This document shows, in pieces, positions 37,818 through 50,369 of a stretch of 50,369 nt of DNA. Made by a program: the position numbers and the translations under genes. Location of the stretch: positions 1,009,367 through 1,059,735 of the forward strand of contig JAHRHZ010000166.1 of NCBI GenBank assembly GCA_024137785.1, in the 5' to 3' direction. A model generated the notes under the pieces. It was given only the letters and a program-made list of their open reading frames with translations, made no database searches and was not told where the DNA came from. Position 1 is the first letter of the stretch. The number at the start of each line of letters is the position of its first letter. The DNA is from Ginglymostoma cirratum (Eukaryota).

Positions 37818-38045
37818 AGAAATAATAGGAACTGCAGATGCTGGAGAATCTGAGATAACAAGGTGTAGAGCTGGATGAACACAGAAGGCCAAGCAGCATC
37901 AGAGGAGCAGGAAAGCTGACGTTTCGGGCCTAGATCCTTCTTCAAAAAATTTTGAAGTGTCTAGGCCCGAAACATCAGCTTTCCTGCTCCTCCGATGCTT
38001 CTTGGCCTGTTGCGTTCATCCAGCTCCACACCTTGTTATATCAGG
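37818..38045. mobile_element. Fold-back pair of PLE termini
   Basis: Same structure as 11338-11563; arms meet at CTTCTTCAAAAAATTTTGAAG. Confidence 0.85.
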
Positions 38046-38099
38046 GATTTATTTTATTTATTCTTCACCACAGTTGCCAGTTGTGATTCTGGTAAGTGT

Positions 38100-39815
38100 T
38101 CGTTGGGTATAGTGACAAAAGAATGGAATCCCGGAAAATGGGCGAGGTCCTCAATGAATATTTCTCCTTTGTGTTTACTGTGGAGAAAGACACGAAGGCT
38201 TGTGAACTTGAGGACGTTGGTGACAATATCTTGGGGACCGTCCATATCACAGTAGAGGAGGTGCTCAAATTATTAAAAGGTATGAAGGTGGGTAAATCTC
38301 CTGGTCCTGACAAGATATATCCAAGGAACCTGCAAGACGCTAAAGATGAAATTGCGGAGGCCCTGGCTGATATATTTGCTTCATCATTAGCCACGGGTGT
38401 AGTCCCAGAAGACTGAAGTGTCACAAATGTTGTGCCCTTATTCAAGACGGGCTGCAAAGAAAAAAAAAACTGGGAATTATTGACCAGTAAGCCTAACATC
38501 TGTGATAGATAAGTTAATTCAGAAGATTCTGAGATAAGATACACATTCACTGGAAAGACGGGATTTGATTCGGGATGGTGAGCATTGCTTGTGCGTGGGA
38601 TATCATGCCTCACAAATTTGTTCGAGTTCTTTGATGAAGTGACGAGGAAGGTTGATTAGGCCAGGGTGGTATATGTAGTCCATATGGATTTCAGTAAGGC
38701 CTTTGATAAGTTTCCACGTGGTAGGCTGCTCTGGACGGTTAATTCGCATGGGATCTCAGAAGAGAAGGAGGAATGGATACACAACTGGCTTGATGGTAGG
38801 AAGCGGACAGTAATAATGGAAAGATGCTTGTCAGACTGAAGGCCTGTGATTGGTCCTGGGCTCAGTGTTGTTTGTTACCGACGTCAATGATTTGGATAAG
38901 AATTTACAAGACATGATTAGTAAGTTTGCTGATGTCGCTAAAATAAGCAGTATCGTGGACAGTGAGGAAAGGTTATCAGAAATTGGAGCAGAATCTTGAT
39001 CAGCTGGGGAAGTTGGCCAAGAACCGGCAAGCCTAGTTCAAAATAGATGTGTGAGGTGTTGCATTTTGGGAAGTTAACCTAGGCCGAAGTTTTATGGTGA
39101 ATGGTAAGACCTTATGGACTGTAATTGAACAGATGCACCTTAGAGTACAGGTGCACGGTTCTCTGAAAGTGGACAGGGCAGTAAAGAACGTTTTTGGCTC
39201 AGTGGTCTTTATCAGCCATGGAGTTGATTATAGAAGTTGTGAAGTTATTTTGCAGTTGTACAGGACGTTGATGAGGCTGCACTTGGAGTATTGTGTTCAG
39301 TTTCAGTCATCTTGCTATAGGAAGGATGTTATTAAATTGGAAAGAGTACAGGTGAGAATAACAAGGATATTTCCAGGACTCAAGTGGCTGAGTGAAAAGA
39401 AGAGGTTGGGCAAGCTAGGACTTTTTTCTCTTCACAGCACTGAGAAGGGACCTTATAGAAGTATGTAAGATTTTTGGTGGCTTGGATAGGGTGAATACAC
39501 TCAGTGTTGTTCCCAGTATTTTGGAATCGAGGACTAGGATGCATCAGTTTAAAGCAAGAGGGGAAAGATTACATGGGAACCTGAGGGGCAACTTTTTTAG
39601 ACTGAGTGTGGCACTTATATGGGATGAGCTGCTAGCAGAAGTGGTTAGGATGGGCACATCAATAACATTTAGAACGCATTTGGATGAATACATGGATAGG
39701 AAAGTTTTAGGATATGGGCCAAGTGCAGGGAAAATGGGTTAGCATGGATGCCCATTTTAGGTGGCATGGTCTAGTTTGGGCTGAAGGGCCTGTTTCCATT
39801 TTGTAGGTCTCTAAG
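38100..39815 (+). mobile_element. CR1 LINE ORF2/3' end, decayed
   Basis: LNEYFSFVFTVE...KSPGPDKIYPR; LYRTLMRLHLEYCVQF; RGNFF. Confidence 0.9.
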
Positions 39816-40859
39816 GGAAATACCAAAGTACGGTAATTCAAGCATGCAGCATAGATACATATTTTCGAGGGGACAACATGCTTAGGGCTTTTATCACGAG
39901 ATGGATATTCAGTAATGAGAAGTTGTTTGTGGGCAAAAGTTGAAACGATTTTAGGAGATGATTAAAATAGCTAATTTGAAGAAGAGGATCGTTGAGAATG
40001 AAAGGAGAGATTGATCCCAAGTTTCATTTTAACATCATTTAGCATGGCAACCTAAAAGGGTATTGGAGAAACCAATCTGTTTCTGAGCTGTTTCCAATCA
40101 GAATCAACTTAGTAATTTCCCATGCCTGAAACAATAGAACGTGTTGAAGGAAAACAGCTTGTGTTGCAGAATTTATTGAGAGAGAAGTAGAATTACATTT
40201 TGAAGTTTGACATGACTAAAAGGAGAAAAGATAGTTTCAATTCAATGCTTCCTATGTTATTTCTCTTTCTACACATGCTTAAAGATCCACAGGGTATTTT
40301 CAGTATTTCCCTTTATTAAAGCAGATATCTAAATCTTTAGAATCTAATCAAAGTTGCTTAGCTCACGACCAGTGTGAAGCACAGCATTGGTTCTTCAATC
40401 CTGGGCATGACTTTCTACGCCATCCTGTTGGCTGTTTAGAATATGGCATCTATTAAACCTAAGCCATGCAACATAACTTCTCCAAGTATAACGGGATTAA
40501 GATGTAGCTGGCTGTCCAAAGTTTACTGGAGCTCAAATCAACAGATGATCACAAAGACAAAACAAGATGATTAACAACCAAAGTATGATCATTCCATAAA
40601 ATGCCTCATTTTATTTGATTAGAAAAATAAATCAGACCGAAAAGATATAATTTTCTGAGAATAGGATCACCTGAGATAGAGATGGAGGTGTGACTGTACT
40701 TTGAAATATATTCCAACAGAAATCAGTTTTAGTCATGTTCCTTCTTCTCTTCAACTTAAAAATGTTGCTGAGGCAAACTGTGCATAATCCTGTCACTGTC
40801 TGGTGTTTGGGTCTACTTATGGTATTTGTGATTATAAACTATAACACACGTGTGGCCTT

Positions 40860-42440
40860 CACTCATAGAGTCATAGATTTACAAAGCTGTAAAGCATGGA
40901 CGCAAGCCCTTCGGCCCAACTCGTCCTTGCTGAACAGATATTCTAAATTAATCTAGTCCCATTTGTCATCATTTGGCCCATAACACTTTAAACCCCCTTG
41001 ATTGTTATAATTGTACCAGTTGCCACCACTTCCTCTGGTACCTCATTCCATACACTGTAAAAATGTTGCCCCTTTGGTACATTTTAAATCTTTCCCCTCT
41101 CAATTTAAGCCGATTGTAGACACTTGGATATTTGCCCTACCTATGCCCTTCGTGGCTTTTTGACATCTATAACTTCATCCCTCAGCATTCAATGTTCTAT
41201 GGAAGATAGCCACAGCCTATTCAGTCTCTCCCTACCGCTTAAACCCTCCAACCCCGGCAACATCCTTGTCAGCCTTTACTTAAAAAAATCAAGTTTCATA
41301 ACTTCCTTTCTATGCAGGGAGACCAGAACTGAACGCAGTATTTGAAATGTCCCTTAACCAATATCCTGTACAGCCACAACATGACCTCCCAACTCCTATA
41401 CTCAATGCACTGACCAAAAAAGGCAAGCGTACCGAACACCATGTTCATTATCCTTTTGCAACTCCACTTTCAAGGAAATATGAACCTGTACTCCAAGGCC
41501 TCTTCATTCAGCAACACTCCTCAGGACCTTACCGTTAGATTGTATAAGTTCTGCCCTGATTTCTATTCCAAAATGCAATACCTCACATTCATCAAATCTG
41601 AACTCCATCTGCCACTTTTCATCCCATGGGCCCATCTGAACAATTTCCAGTTGAACTCTGAGGTAACCTTCATTTTCCATGATATTATCAATTTGGTGCC
41701 ATCTCCAAACTTAGTAACCATACCTCAGATGTTCGCATCCAAATCATTTAAATAAATGAAGAAAAGTAGTGAACCCAGTAGTGAGACTGATGGCACGTGA
41801 CAGGTAGCAGGCCTTCAGTCTGAAAAACATCCCTCCGCCATCACTTCTGTCTGCTACCTTTGAGCTAGTTCTGAACCCATGAGCTAGTTATGAACCCATG
41901 CACTTCTCTCTGCATTCATGCAAATTAAATTTGCTCGGCAGTGAACCATGAGGAATCTTGTCCAATGCCTTATGGAAGTCCATGGAGATCACATCCACCC
42001 TTATGCCCTCATCAGTCCTCTTCATTACACCTTCAAAAAACTCAACTAAGTCATCAAGACGTGATTTTCCACCCACAAAGCCATGTTGACTATCCGTAAT
42101 CAGTACTTGCCTTTCCAAATATATGTAAATCCTATCCCTCAGGATTCCCTCAAACAGCTCGCACACCACTGGTGTCAGGCTGGCCAGTCTATAGTGATCT
42201 GGATTTTCCGTACCACCAGACTTAAGCAGTTGCACTATGTTAGCCAACCTCCAGTCTTCTGGCACCTCACCTGTGGTGATCAATGACAGAGGTATGTAAG
42301 GAAGGGGCACAGGCAGCACTTCTCTAGCTTCCTACATAGTACTAGGGTATATCTCATAAGGTGTCTGAGATTTATCCAAGTTTATACATCTTAAGACGTC
42401 CAGCACCTTCGCCTTTGTAATATGCCATTTTCAAGACATC
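40860..42440 (-). mobile_element. CR1 LINE ORF2/3' end, decayed
   Basis: TGEVPEDWRLANI...SQHGFVGGKS...MDFHKALDKIPH; 3' tail near 40865. Confidence 0.88.
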
Positions 42441-44009
42441 AGCATTTATTTCCAATCAGTCGTTCTGCTTATTCACAAATGGAAAAAAACACTTTTGGAA
42501 TGAAAATTTTACGGTAGACCTGATCTGCCCCCTGAAATTAGATTGTCTTATACCATAATAAAATGTGTTTTTGCAGTTGCTTAAACTCTACCCATTAGCC
42601 CACATATTCAGAATCGTTGTAATTCTGCAGATATTTTACAGATGTATTAAAATATAAATAATCTATAGTGTGTACCGACGTTGGAAGTATGAAATTTCGA
42701 GATGTGCTGATGTGCAAATTCTTGGACTTCCTCCTGCTCTCCATCACTGGATCTCTGCAAGTCTCCCGTTTGATCTTAACAGTTTTGTATGGGCTCGACT
42801 GGCCATCTTTCTCCCTGTGAGAGTACTTAAACAAAAACACAATTAATACAAAAGGCAACAATAGAATTAAAATTCTATTAAACCGTGTCAACTCCACCTA
42901 TTCGTAACTTGCCTTAATGGCACTCATTGCTCATCAGCGGTCATCAATTGAGGGGTAAAGTTGAAATGAAAAGGGCATCTTTTAAGAAAAGCAGAATAAT
43001 GGTTGTTTCTGGGGGGAAAAAAGCCTTAGTTTTCTTCATGTAATACTTTATTCTTAATTTTGACATCAAACTGCCCAATTTTGCCTGTTAAGTTAAATAT
43101 TCCTCAAATGTTAAGGCCACTGTCTGCAACCCACTGACTGAATAGGCCCAAACAAATGAACATCATGGCATAGCAGGCTTCCTTATTGATTTGACTCACA
43201 CTGAAACGCACTTCCAACCCAATCTCATACACTCTGACTGTTAGATACCACACACTATAAAGAGTAGTATTGTTCCAGGGGTCAAACCAATCCACACGTG
43301 AAAGGCCGAAGCGCTATTCCACTGTTGGCCACTGTTTCGTGCAGTTTGATGGTGGCAGGGGTTTAGAGTCAGGAATGGTGGAAAAGCAAAATGTAATTAT
43401 CCGGTTCCTTGCTCTCACTCAAGTTAAATGCTTTGGTTATGTGCTGCATGTATGTACCTCACATCTAATTACCTATGTACTAGCATTGTCAAAACTGGAC
43501 CTTTTTCTAATCTTTCAATTTTATTGATTCGAATCTATTCAATGTTAGTGGAGTAAAATTTTAATCGAAATGCTTTAGTTGAGCAATTGAGCTTGTGTTC
43601 ATGTATTAACGCTGCAGATATGTTACTCATTGCACTGCTTGTTACACCACCCTCCAACTCTCCAAGTGACCCCTGATCCCACCAAACCTGGCATGACCTG
43701 AATTTTCCAATCCAAATTCTGGAAACAGCAGGACCCTGGCACAACTATTCTCCCATTGTGTCAGATACAAGCTAGTGTATCTGCTCAACTATTGGAAATT
43801 CGGTTACCTTTGTTCAGTGCAATGGAACTTTCCTGGTCTAAACCTCAATACATAACTTCCCTTGTGCTCTTCCTCCCCTTCCTCCAGCCAAACTTCTCCT
43901 CAGTTGCTAGTACTGTGCACCAATCGTGTGACGTCATTCTGTAGCAAATTTGATTTATTTCACATGGTAACAAGGAAACAAACAAAATAATACACCAATA
44001 TCGATTTCA

Positions 44010-44946
44010 AGCCTACTAACTCCCACAGCTACCCAGAATACATCTCCTCCCACCCACGCTTCAGACTCCCAACCAGCCCCGCCACCCCGGCACATTTCCC
44101 TGCAACCGGAGGAAATGCAATACCTTCCCCCTCACCCCCATCCCAGCCCCCAAGAAGACATTCCACATCAAACAGATGTTCACCTGCACATCTGCTAATG
44201 TGGTATACTGTATCCACTGTTTCCGATATGGCCTCCTCTACATCAAGGAAACCAAGCGGATGCTTGGGGACCGCTTTGTGGGACACTTATGCTCGGTTCG
44301 CAACAAACAACTACACCTCTCAGTCGCGAACCATTTCAACTCCTCCTGCCACTCCTCAGGTGACATGTCCATCCTAGGCCTCCTGCAGTACCACAATGAT
44401 GCCACCCAAAGATTGCAGGAACAGCACCTCATATTTTGATTGGGAAACCTGCAGCCCAATTGTATCAATGTGGTCTTCACAAGCTTCAAGACCTCCCCTC
44501 CCCCAACCACATCCCAAAACCTGCCCAGCATGTCCCTGCCTCCCTAACCTGTCATTCCTCCCACCTATACCCTCCTCCCACCCCAAGCCCCATCCCCATC
44601 TCGTACCTACCAGCATAATACCACCTCTTTGATCTGTCCACCCTAACTCGACTGACCTATACGCCACCCTAACTCCACACCTGCACTCACCTTTACTGGC
44701 TGCACCCCCACTTCTTTGACCTTTCTGTCTCCTCTCCACCTATCTTCTCCTCTATCCATCTTCTATTCACCTCCCCACTCCCTATTTATTTCAGAACCCC
44801 CTTGTAATACCCCATTTCTGAAGAAGGGTCTAGGCCCGAAACATCAGCTTTCCTGCTCCTCTGATACTGCTTGGCCTGCTGTTTTCATATAGCTTTACAC
44901 CTTGTTATCTCAGATTCTCCAGCATTTGCAGTTCCTACTATCTCTA
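44010..44946 (+). mobile_element. PLE GIY-YIG + terminus, decayed
   Basis: VVYCIHCFRYGLLYIKETKRMLGDRF; terminus with hammerhead motif at 44814-44850. Confidence 0.88.
44814..44850 (+). ncRNA. Hammerhead motif variant (CUGAAGA...GAAACAUC)
   Basis: ATTT-CTGAAGA-AGGGTCTAGGCCC-GAAACATC. Confidence 0.55.
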
Positions 44947-45434
44947 AAGTAATACACTTCCACTTTTCTGCTATTAACTACAGGAGCACCATTCCTGAAG
45001 GCACATTAGCCGTATACACAGCTCAAAATATGTAACTCCTCAAAAAAAAAAACAGGAAGAGTTTGTCAAAAGCAATTCTGGATTGAAAACAAATAAAAAG
45101 ATTCTAACCGCTTGTTTATTATAGTAGGTTTGTCTGTCCTATCCTTAAAGGCAACGCAGCATGCCACAATGCTCTCTGTTGAAAGTAGTATTCATGGTAA
45201 GTTTATGTATAATGGCTCTGAATCGAAGGCATGAATAGATGTCGCAATTCTTAGTAGGGTAACAAAATGATTGATTCTGCCATTTGTAGTGTCTTGTGTT
45301 CAGCACTCGTAAAAAGTAGATTTGCAACACTTTATTTGTCAGAGCATTAATGCCATATACCAGCCTTTAGCCTATATACGTTAATATGTTTTCCTAGTAA
45401 AAAATAACTTAGCTTAGATTTAGGAACTACCGAT

Positions 45435-46668
45435 CAGTAGGAACTACCGATGCTGGAGTCTGAGATAACAAGGGGTACAACTGGATGAACACAGCAGGCC
45501 AGGCAGCATCGGAGGAGCAGAAAAGCTAATGTTTTGGGTCTGGACCCTTCTTCAGAAATGGGGGATGGCAAGGGAACTCTGAAATAAATAGAAACAGGGA
45601 GAGGCGATGATGGAAGGTGGATAGAGGAGCAGATAGGTGGAGAGAAGATGGACAGGTCAAGGAGGCGAGGATGAGGCCAGCAAAGGTGAAGGTAGGTAGG
45701 AAGTTGGGATGGGGGTTGGTCAGCAGGGAGAGAGGAGCCGGTCTGTGGGAGAGAAGACAGACAGGTCAATGTGGAGCTCCACACTGCCCAACAGCCTTAG
45801 CCCTTTCCGTGCAACCGCAGGAAGTGCTACACCTACCCCTACACAACACAGTTGCCTCCATCCCAGGCCCCAAGATAACTTTCCACATTAAACAGATGTT
45901 CACCTGCACATCTGCTAATGTGGTATATTGTATCCGCTGTTCCTGATGTGGCCTCCTCTATTTGGGGGAAACCACGTGGAGGCTTGGAGACCGCTTTGTG
46001 GAATACCCACGCTCGGTTCGTGACAAGCGACTACACCTCCCAGTTGCGAAGCACTTCAACTCTCCCTCTCATTCCTTGGACAGCGTGTCCATACAGGGCC
46101 TCCTCCAGTGCCGCAACGATGCCACCTGAAGGCTGGAGGAACAGCACTTCATATTCCGCTTGGGAACCCTGCAGCCCAATCGTCTCAATGTGGACTTCAT
46201 AACCTTCAAAATCTCTCCTGCCCCGACCTCATCCCATGGCCAGTCCATCTCGTCCCTGCCTCCTTGACCTGTCCGTCTTTTCTCCTACCTATCTGCTCGT
46301 CCCACCTCACTAACCAAACCCCACCCCCAGTTCCTACCTACTAGCCTCATTTTGCCACCTTGACCTGTCCATCTTCCCTCCAAGCTACCAGCCCCTCCCT
46401 CCCTGCTGACCAACGCCCATCCCAACTCCCTACCTAACTCACGTTTACTGGCCTCATCCCTGAATTCTTGACCAGTCCGTCTTCTCTCTACCTATCTGTT
46501 CCTCTATCCACCTTCCATCATCGTCTCTCCCTCTCTCTATTTATTTGAGAGTCCCCTTCCCCTCCCCCATTTCTGAGGAAGGGCCCAGAACAGAAACGTT
46601 AGCTTTCCTGCTCCTCTGATGCTGCTTGGCCTGCTGTGTTCATCCAGCTCTACACCTTGTTATATCAG
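45435..46668. mobile_element. PLE with inverted terminus (minus 45435-45768; plus GIY-YIG + terminus 45770-46668)
   Basis: [20 protein letters not shown]; about 300-bp inverted arms. Confidence 0.88.
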
Positions 46669-46682
46669 AATAAGTTTGTACA

Positions 46683-46979
46683 ATCCTTACAGTGTGGAAA
46701 TAGGCCCTTCGGCCCAACGAGTTCACACTGAACGTCAGAGCATCCCACCCAGACACATTCCCCTCATCTACACATCCTTGAACACGACGGGCAATTTAGC
46801 ATTGCCAATCCTGCACACCTTTAGTGTGTGGGAGGAAACTGGAGCACCCACAGGAAACTCATGCAGTCACGGGTAGAATGTGCAAACCCCACACAGATAG
46901 TCGCCCGAGGCTGGAATCGAATATGGGTCCCTAGTGCTGTGAGGCAGCACTGCTAACCACTGAGCCACCGCGCCACCCT
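46683..46979 (-). mobile_element. HE1-like V-SINE
   Basis: GGGTGGCGCGGTGGCTCAGTGGTTAGCAGTGCTGCCTCACAGC head; shared core and tail. Confidence 0.87.
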
Positions 46980-47379
46980 ACTGAAACTGACAACTCATCC
47001 TACACCCATCGCAATCTGTGAAAGAGAGCTCTGAACCTCTTCCATATGTTGTGCATCTAAATGCTTCCTAACACCTTTTCCAAACGGTCTGGACCTAATT
47101 TTCATCTGGACCTAATGTCCCTTACAACTCGGCTCCCTAGTCACTGGAAATGGTTTATCTTTACATACCCTGTATTTTACTGTTAATATCTTGAAGTCTT
47201 CTATAAGATCCTAACTTAATCTTCTACGTTGTGCATAGCATAGATTTTCAGGGAAAAACCTGACCTATTATATCATGAAATGTGCATGAATATGCATACT
47301 CCATCCTAATGCCAATTTAGGTGAGCTGACACTCCAAGTACTATAGCAGTTGAAGGGCTCAGATCTCCACCATGTCTAT

Positions 47380-48110
47380 CAGGGCAAAATAGCTTATATA
47401 TTCACAGCAGTACGAACAGTCAACCCTGCATGAATCAAGTCTACTGTGTTCCCTGCTCAAAATGTGGCCTCCTCTACATTGAGGAAATGAGGTGAAGACT
47501 GGGCGACCACTTCACAGAACACCTACGTCTGTCCACAAGAAAAGACATTGAGCTTACGGCTGCCTGCCATTTCAATACACTACCATATTATATGCCTGAC
47601 ATCTCTGTCTCAGGCTTGCTGCAGTGCTCCAGTGCAACTCAGCGTATGGTGAATGAACAACATCTCATTTTCTGTTGTAATTCTCTACAGCCTTCTGGAC
47701 TGAATATGGAGTCCAACAATTGTAGAGCTGCAGACACCTTCTCCCCTGACCTTGTATAAGTCCCCACACACCAGTCCTTGTTGTTACATGGTCTGCCATT
47801 ACACAAAACCCATGATTAGCCACTAATTGTTCACTTATAAATATTCATTCTCCCAGGCTTACCATTATCCATGACCTTGTCCAACTCATCTTGTCTCTAT
47901 GTTTCCACCTATAATTTGCTCCTTACTCCCTCTCCCCCACCCTATCTTCAACTTTAAAAAAAAACTTTTTTTTTTCCTGACTGCCATCAATTCTGAGGAA
48001 GGATCACTATCTGAAATATTAACTCTGATTTACCCCCACGGATGTTGCTTGGCCTGCTGAGCCGTTCTAGCGATTTCTGTTTTTGTTTCCGATTTCCATC
48101 ATCTCACTAT
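47380..48110 (+). mobile_element. Older PLE GIY-YIG + terminus
   Basis: CSKCGLLYIEE...LGDHFTEHL at 47454-47525; terminus with hammerhead motif at 47989-48024. Confidence 0.75.
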
Positions 48111-48265
48111 TCTTTCAGGTTTTTTTTCAGAATATCGCTTTTATTTTTGTACAAAGGTTTTTTAAAAATTGCGAACTTGCAAAAAATGCTTCACAATAAT
48201 AACATTTTATTGAACCGGAAAGAGAAGGCCGTTATTAATTGAGGGCATGGAGTACTTGTCCCCAT

Positions 48266-48620
48266 GGAAGTGAGTTACCTCACTTCCGGTTTAATCTTCG
48301 ACAGTGGAGTGTGTGTGTATGTATGTATGTGTATATAGATATGTATGCACACACATATATATGGGGTCTATATAGACCCTATGTGTGTGTGTTTATGTGT
48401 GCATAGGGTCAATACAGACCCCATGAAATATATATGTATGTAGAGTATATACACAGACACCACTGCGGAGGTAAAACCAGAAGTGAGGTAACCCAGGTCA
48501 ACGGACACCAAAAAAACACAACAGCACTCAACGGAGGTTGTGCTGATGATGTTACCCAGCTGGGTAATGAAACGTCTGTGGAACAATGAACCAGCTTGGC
48601 AAGCCAACCAATCACAATAG
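48266..48620 (+). mobile_element. Third PLE-like family: inverted 3' fragments with AT/GT microsatellites and hammerhead motif
   Basis: Inverted repeat 48274-48492, followed by CTGATGA-T-GTTACCC-AGCT-GGGTAAT-GAAACGTC. Confidence 0.6.
48537..48582 (+). ncRNA. Hammerhead motif with extended stem II
   Basis: CTGATGA, 7-bp stem II GTTACCC/GGGTAAT, GAAACGTC; stem I is mostly G-U pairs. Confidence 0.6.
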
Positions 48621-49613
48621 AAAATGAACAGCTTTGTTTGTTTGGGAGACTAGACCTGGGTCCCTACTGTAGCCTAATTGTTCAATAAAAGGGACTCTAC
48701 GAACATAGTGACATGAGTAAGAGCATTGTGTTCAAACTGACAACAGCAGTTGGTCGTTAACAAGGTCAGTACCTGGGAATTGGCTCCAGTGAGGCTGGAA
48801 GAGACTTTGTATTCAAGAAGATATTAGGAGTTCAATGCTCTTTGAAACTTACGAAAAAGACAGTCTGTCAATCAGGGTGGATCCAGAATTGAAATTCTTT
48901 GTTTTGAACTGTGTCTTTTTTTTTTGTAGAGATGGGCATGGTGCTGGTAACATAGCTTAACGATTTGAAATCTCCCTGCCTAGACATCCACCCAAGCTCA
49001 TGAAAGCCTAAACAGTGGAAATCTGATTTAGAAGTATTATCACCTATACCTGAGTGAACAGGAAACACGACTGTGATCAACTTTTGAGAAATGCAGCCAT
49101 GATGCCTGCATTTGTGAAACAACGCATTTTAAATTGTTCACCACCTTATGTCTCCATTCGTGCCTTAACTAACAGTGTTTCTGTTCCTTTGGGCTCTGTC
49201 TCCACCTATTACTTATTCTTTTACCCAACCCCTTGTCCTAAGCATATATGTCACATTTCCCCAGCTAATACTAACCCTGAAATAGGGTCAGCAGTTCAGA
49301 AACATTAACATTGCTTTCTTTCCACATATGCTGCGAGACCTGTTGAGGTTCTCCAGTAAATTTTGCTTTTAATAAACTAAGCATTTTTAAATTGACACAT
49401 ACAGGCTTCAGGAGTTTATGATTCGCCAATTGTTATTCAAAAGCCTGGAATTAATACTGCAGGTCTTTGATGGCTTTAATTTTACTGTGTTGTAAACACA
49501 GAGGTAGAAAGTCTGTTTGGTCCACTATCCATCTCTGTATCATAGCAATAGGCCATGTATTTATGCAATTTCAAAGCTGGCAGGAGATTTGTTTGGGACG
49601 AATACCACAATCG

Positions 49614-49715
49614 ATGTGAGATTTATTCTTCTCAACATTTGTCTAATCCTTCACATAATAATCTATGTGAGATTTCTTCTTCTCAACATTGCTCTAATTC
49701 TTCACATAATGATTT
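49614..49715. repeat. Two-copy 51-bp tandem duplication
   Basis: ATGTGAGATTT.TTCTTCTCAACATT..TCTAAT.CTTCACATAAT repeated at 49614 and 49665 with about 6 mismatches. Confidence 0.9.
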
Positions 49716-50044
49716 AAGATGGAATTCGAAGTTGTTCCCATTTCTAATCAGGAAAATGAGCCATATTTATCTGTTAAAATAATACTTATGCCATTTAAAT
49801 CTCTCTTCATCTTCTTGAGTTCCAATAGAAACAATTACAGTCTGTCAGAACTTGCATCGTTGTTACAACTGATCACAACCACTTCTATGATTCAGCTTTG
49901 TACACCCTCCAGAGTGACGAACTTAATGTCGCAATGCGGAGAAAGATTTGTAAACAAAATTGTTGCTTTCATAGTGATTGCCAACACAGTGTGCCTGGAA
50001 ATGAATTTGAAGAGAAACTGACTGGAAACTAATAATTCACGAGA

Positions 50045-50369
50045 GGAGATAAAAGGTACTGCAGATGCTGAAGAATCCGAGATAACAAGCATGGGGCTGG
50101 ATGAACACAGCAGGTCAAGCAGCATCATAGGAGCAGGAAAACTTGACGTTTCGGGCCTAAACCCTTCATCAGAAATGGGGGAGGGGAAGAGGGTTCTGAA
50201 ATAAACAGGGAGAGAGGGGGAGGTGGATAGAGGAGGGAGAGAGGAGAGGATAGGTGGAGAGGAGGCAGACAAGTCGAAGAGGCGGGGATGGAGACAGTAA
50301 AGGTGAGTGTAGGTAGGGGGGAAGGGAGGAGATAGGTCAGTCCAGGGAGGACGGACAGCTCAAGGGGGC
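50045..50369 (-). mobile_element. Young PLE terminus, runs off the window edge
   Basis: Near-identical to 6022-6340 and to the 21272/33476 termini. Confidence 0.9.
50141..50176 (-). ncRNA. Minimal type I hammerhead ribozyme motif (PLE)
   Basis: Identical to 21331-21366. Confidence 0.8.

Noticed and set aside
45151-45196. Plus-strand 46-nt segment bounded by AAG| and |GTAAGT
   Set aside because: Isolated; no recognisable peptide and no partner exons found.
49614-49715. 51-bp repeat as coding repeat or CRISPR-like array
   Set aside because: Only two adjacent copies, no spacers, eukaryotic context, stops in all minus frames and no recognisable plus-frame product.

Overview
Eukaryotic, repeat-dense (roughly two thirds retroelement) genomic DNA with one 138-nt N gap. 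The repeat set (HE1-like V-SINEs, many CR1 LINEs, abundant Penelope-like elements) points to a cartilaginous fish, probably a shark; this is inferred from recognised repeat families, not from a search. The only supportable host gene is on the minus strand and is invisible as a single ORF: six exons (19821-19779, 19360-19022, 18934-18632, 7585-7472, 7302-7274, 4232-4194), all GT-AG and phase-compatible. They splice to 867 nt, a 288-aa type I membrane protein: leader, V domain with germline-fused J motif (YYC...FGKG), C1-set domain, uncharged TM, and a short tail with TLYAHL. It looks like an antigen-receptor chain that does not rearrange (no RSS), i.e. a VJ-C1 (PRARP/VJC1-like) Ig-superfamily receptor with a tyrosine signalling motif. 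Read-through of its C1 exon could give a secreted form ending ...GNNSYC. The rest of the window is CR1 LINEs (one near full-length), SINEs and at least three Penelope-like families whose termini carry minimal hammerhead ribozyme motifs. Several insertions break just 5' of that ribozyme. TE boundaries are approximate; exon, TSD and ribozyme coordinates were counted by hand.
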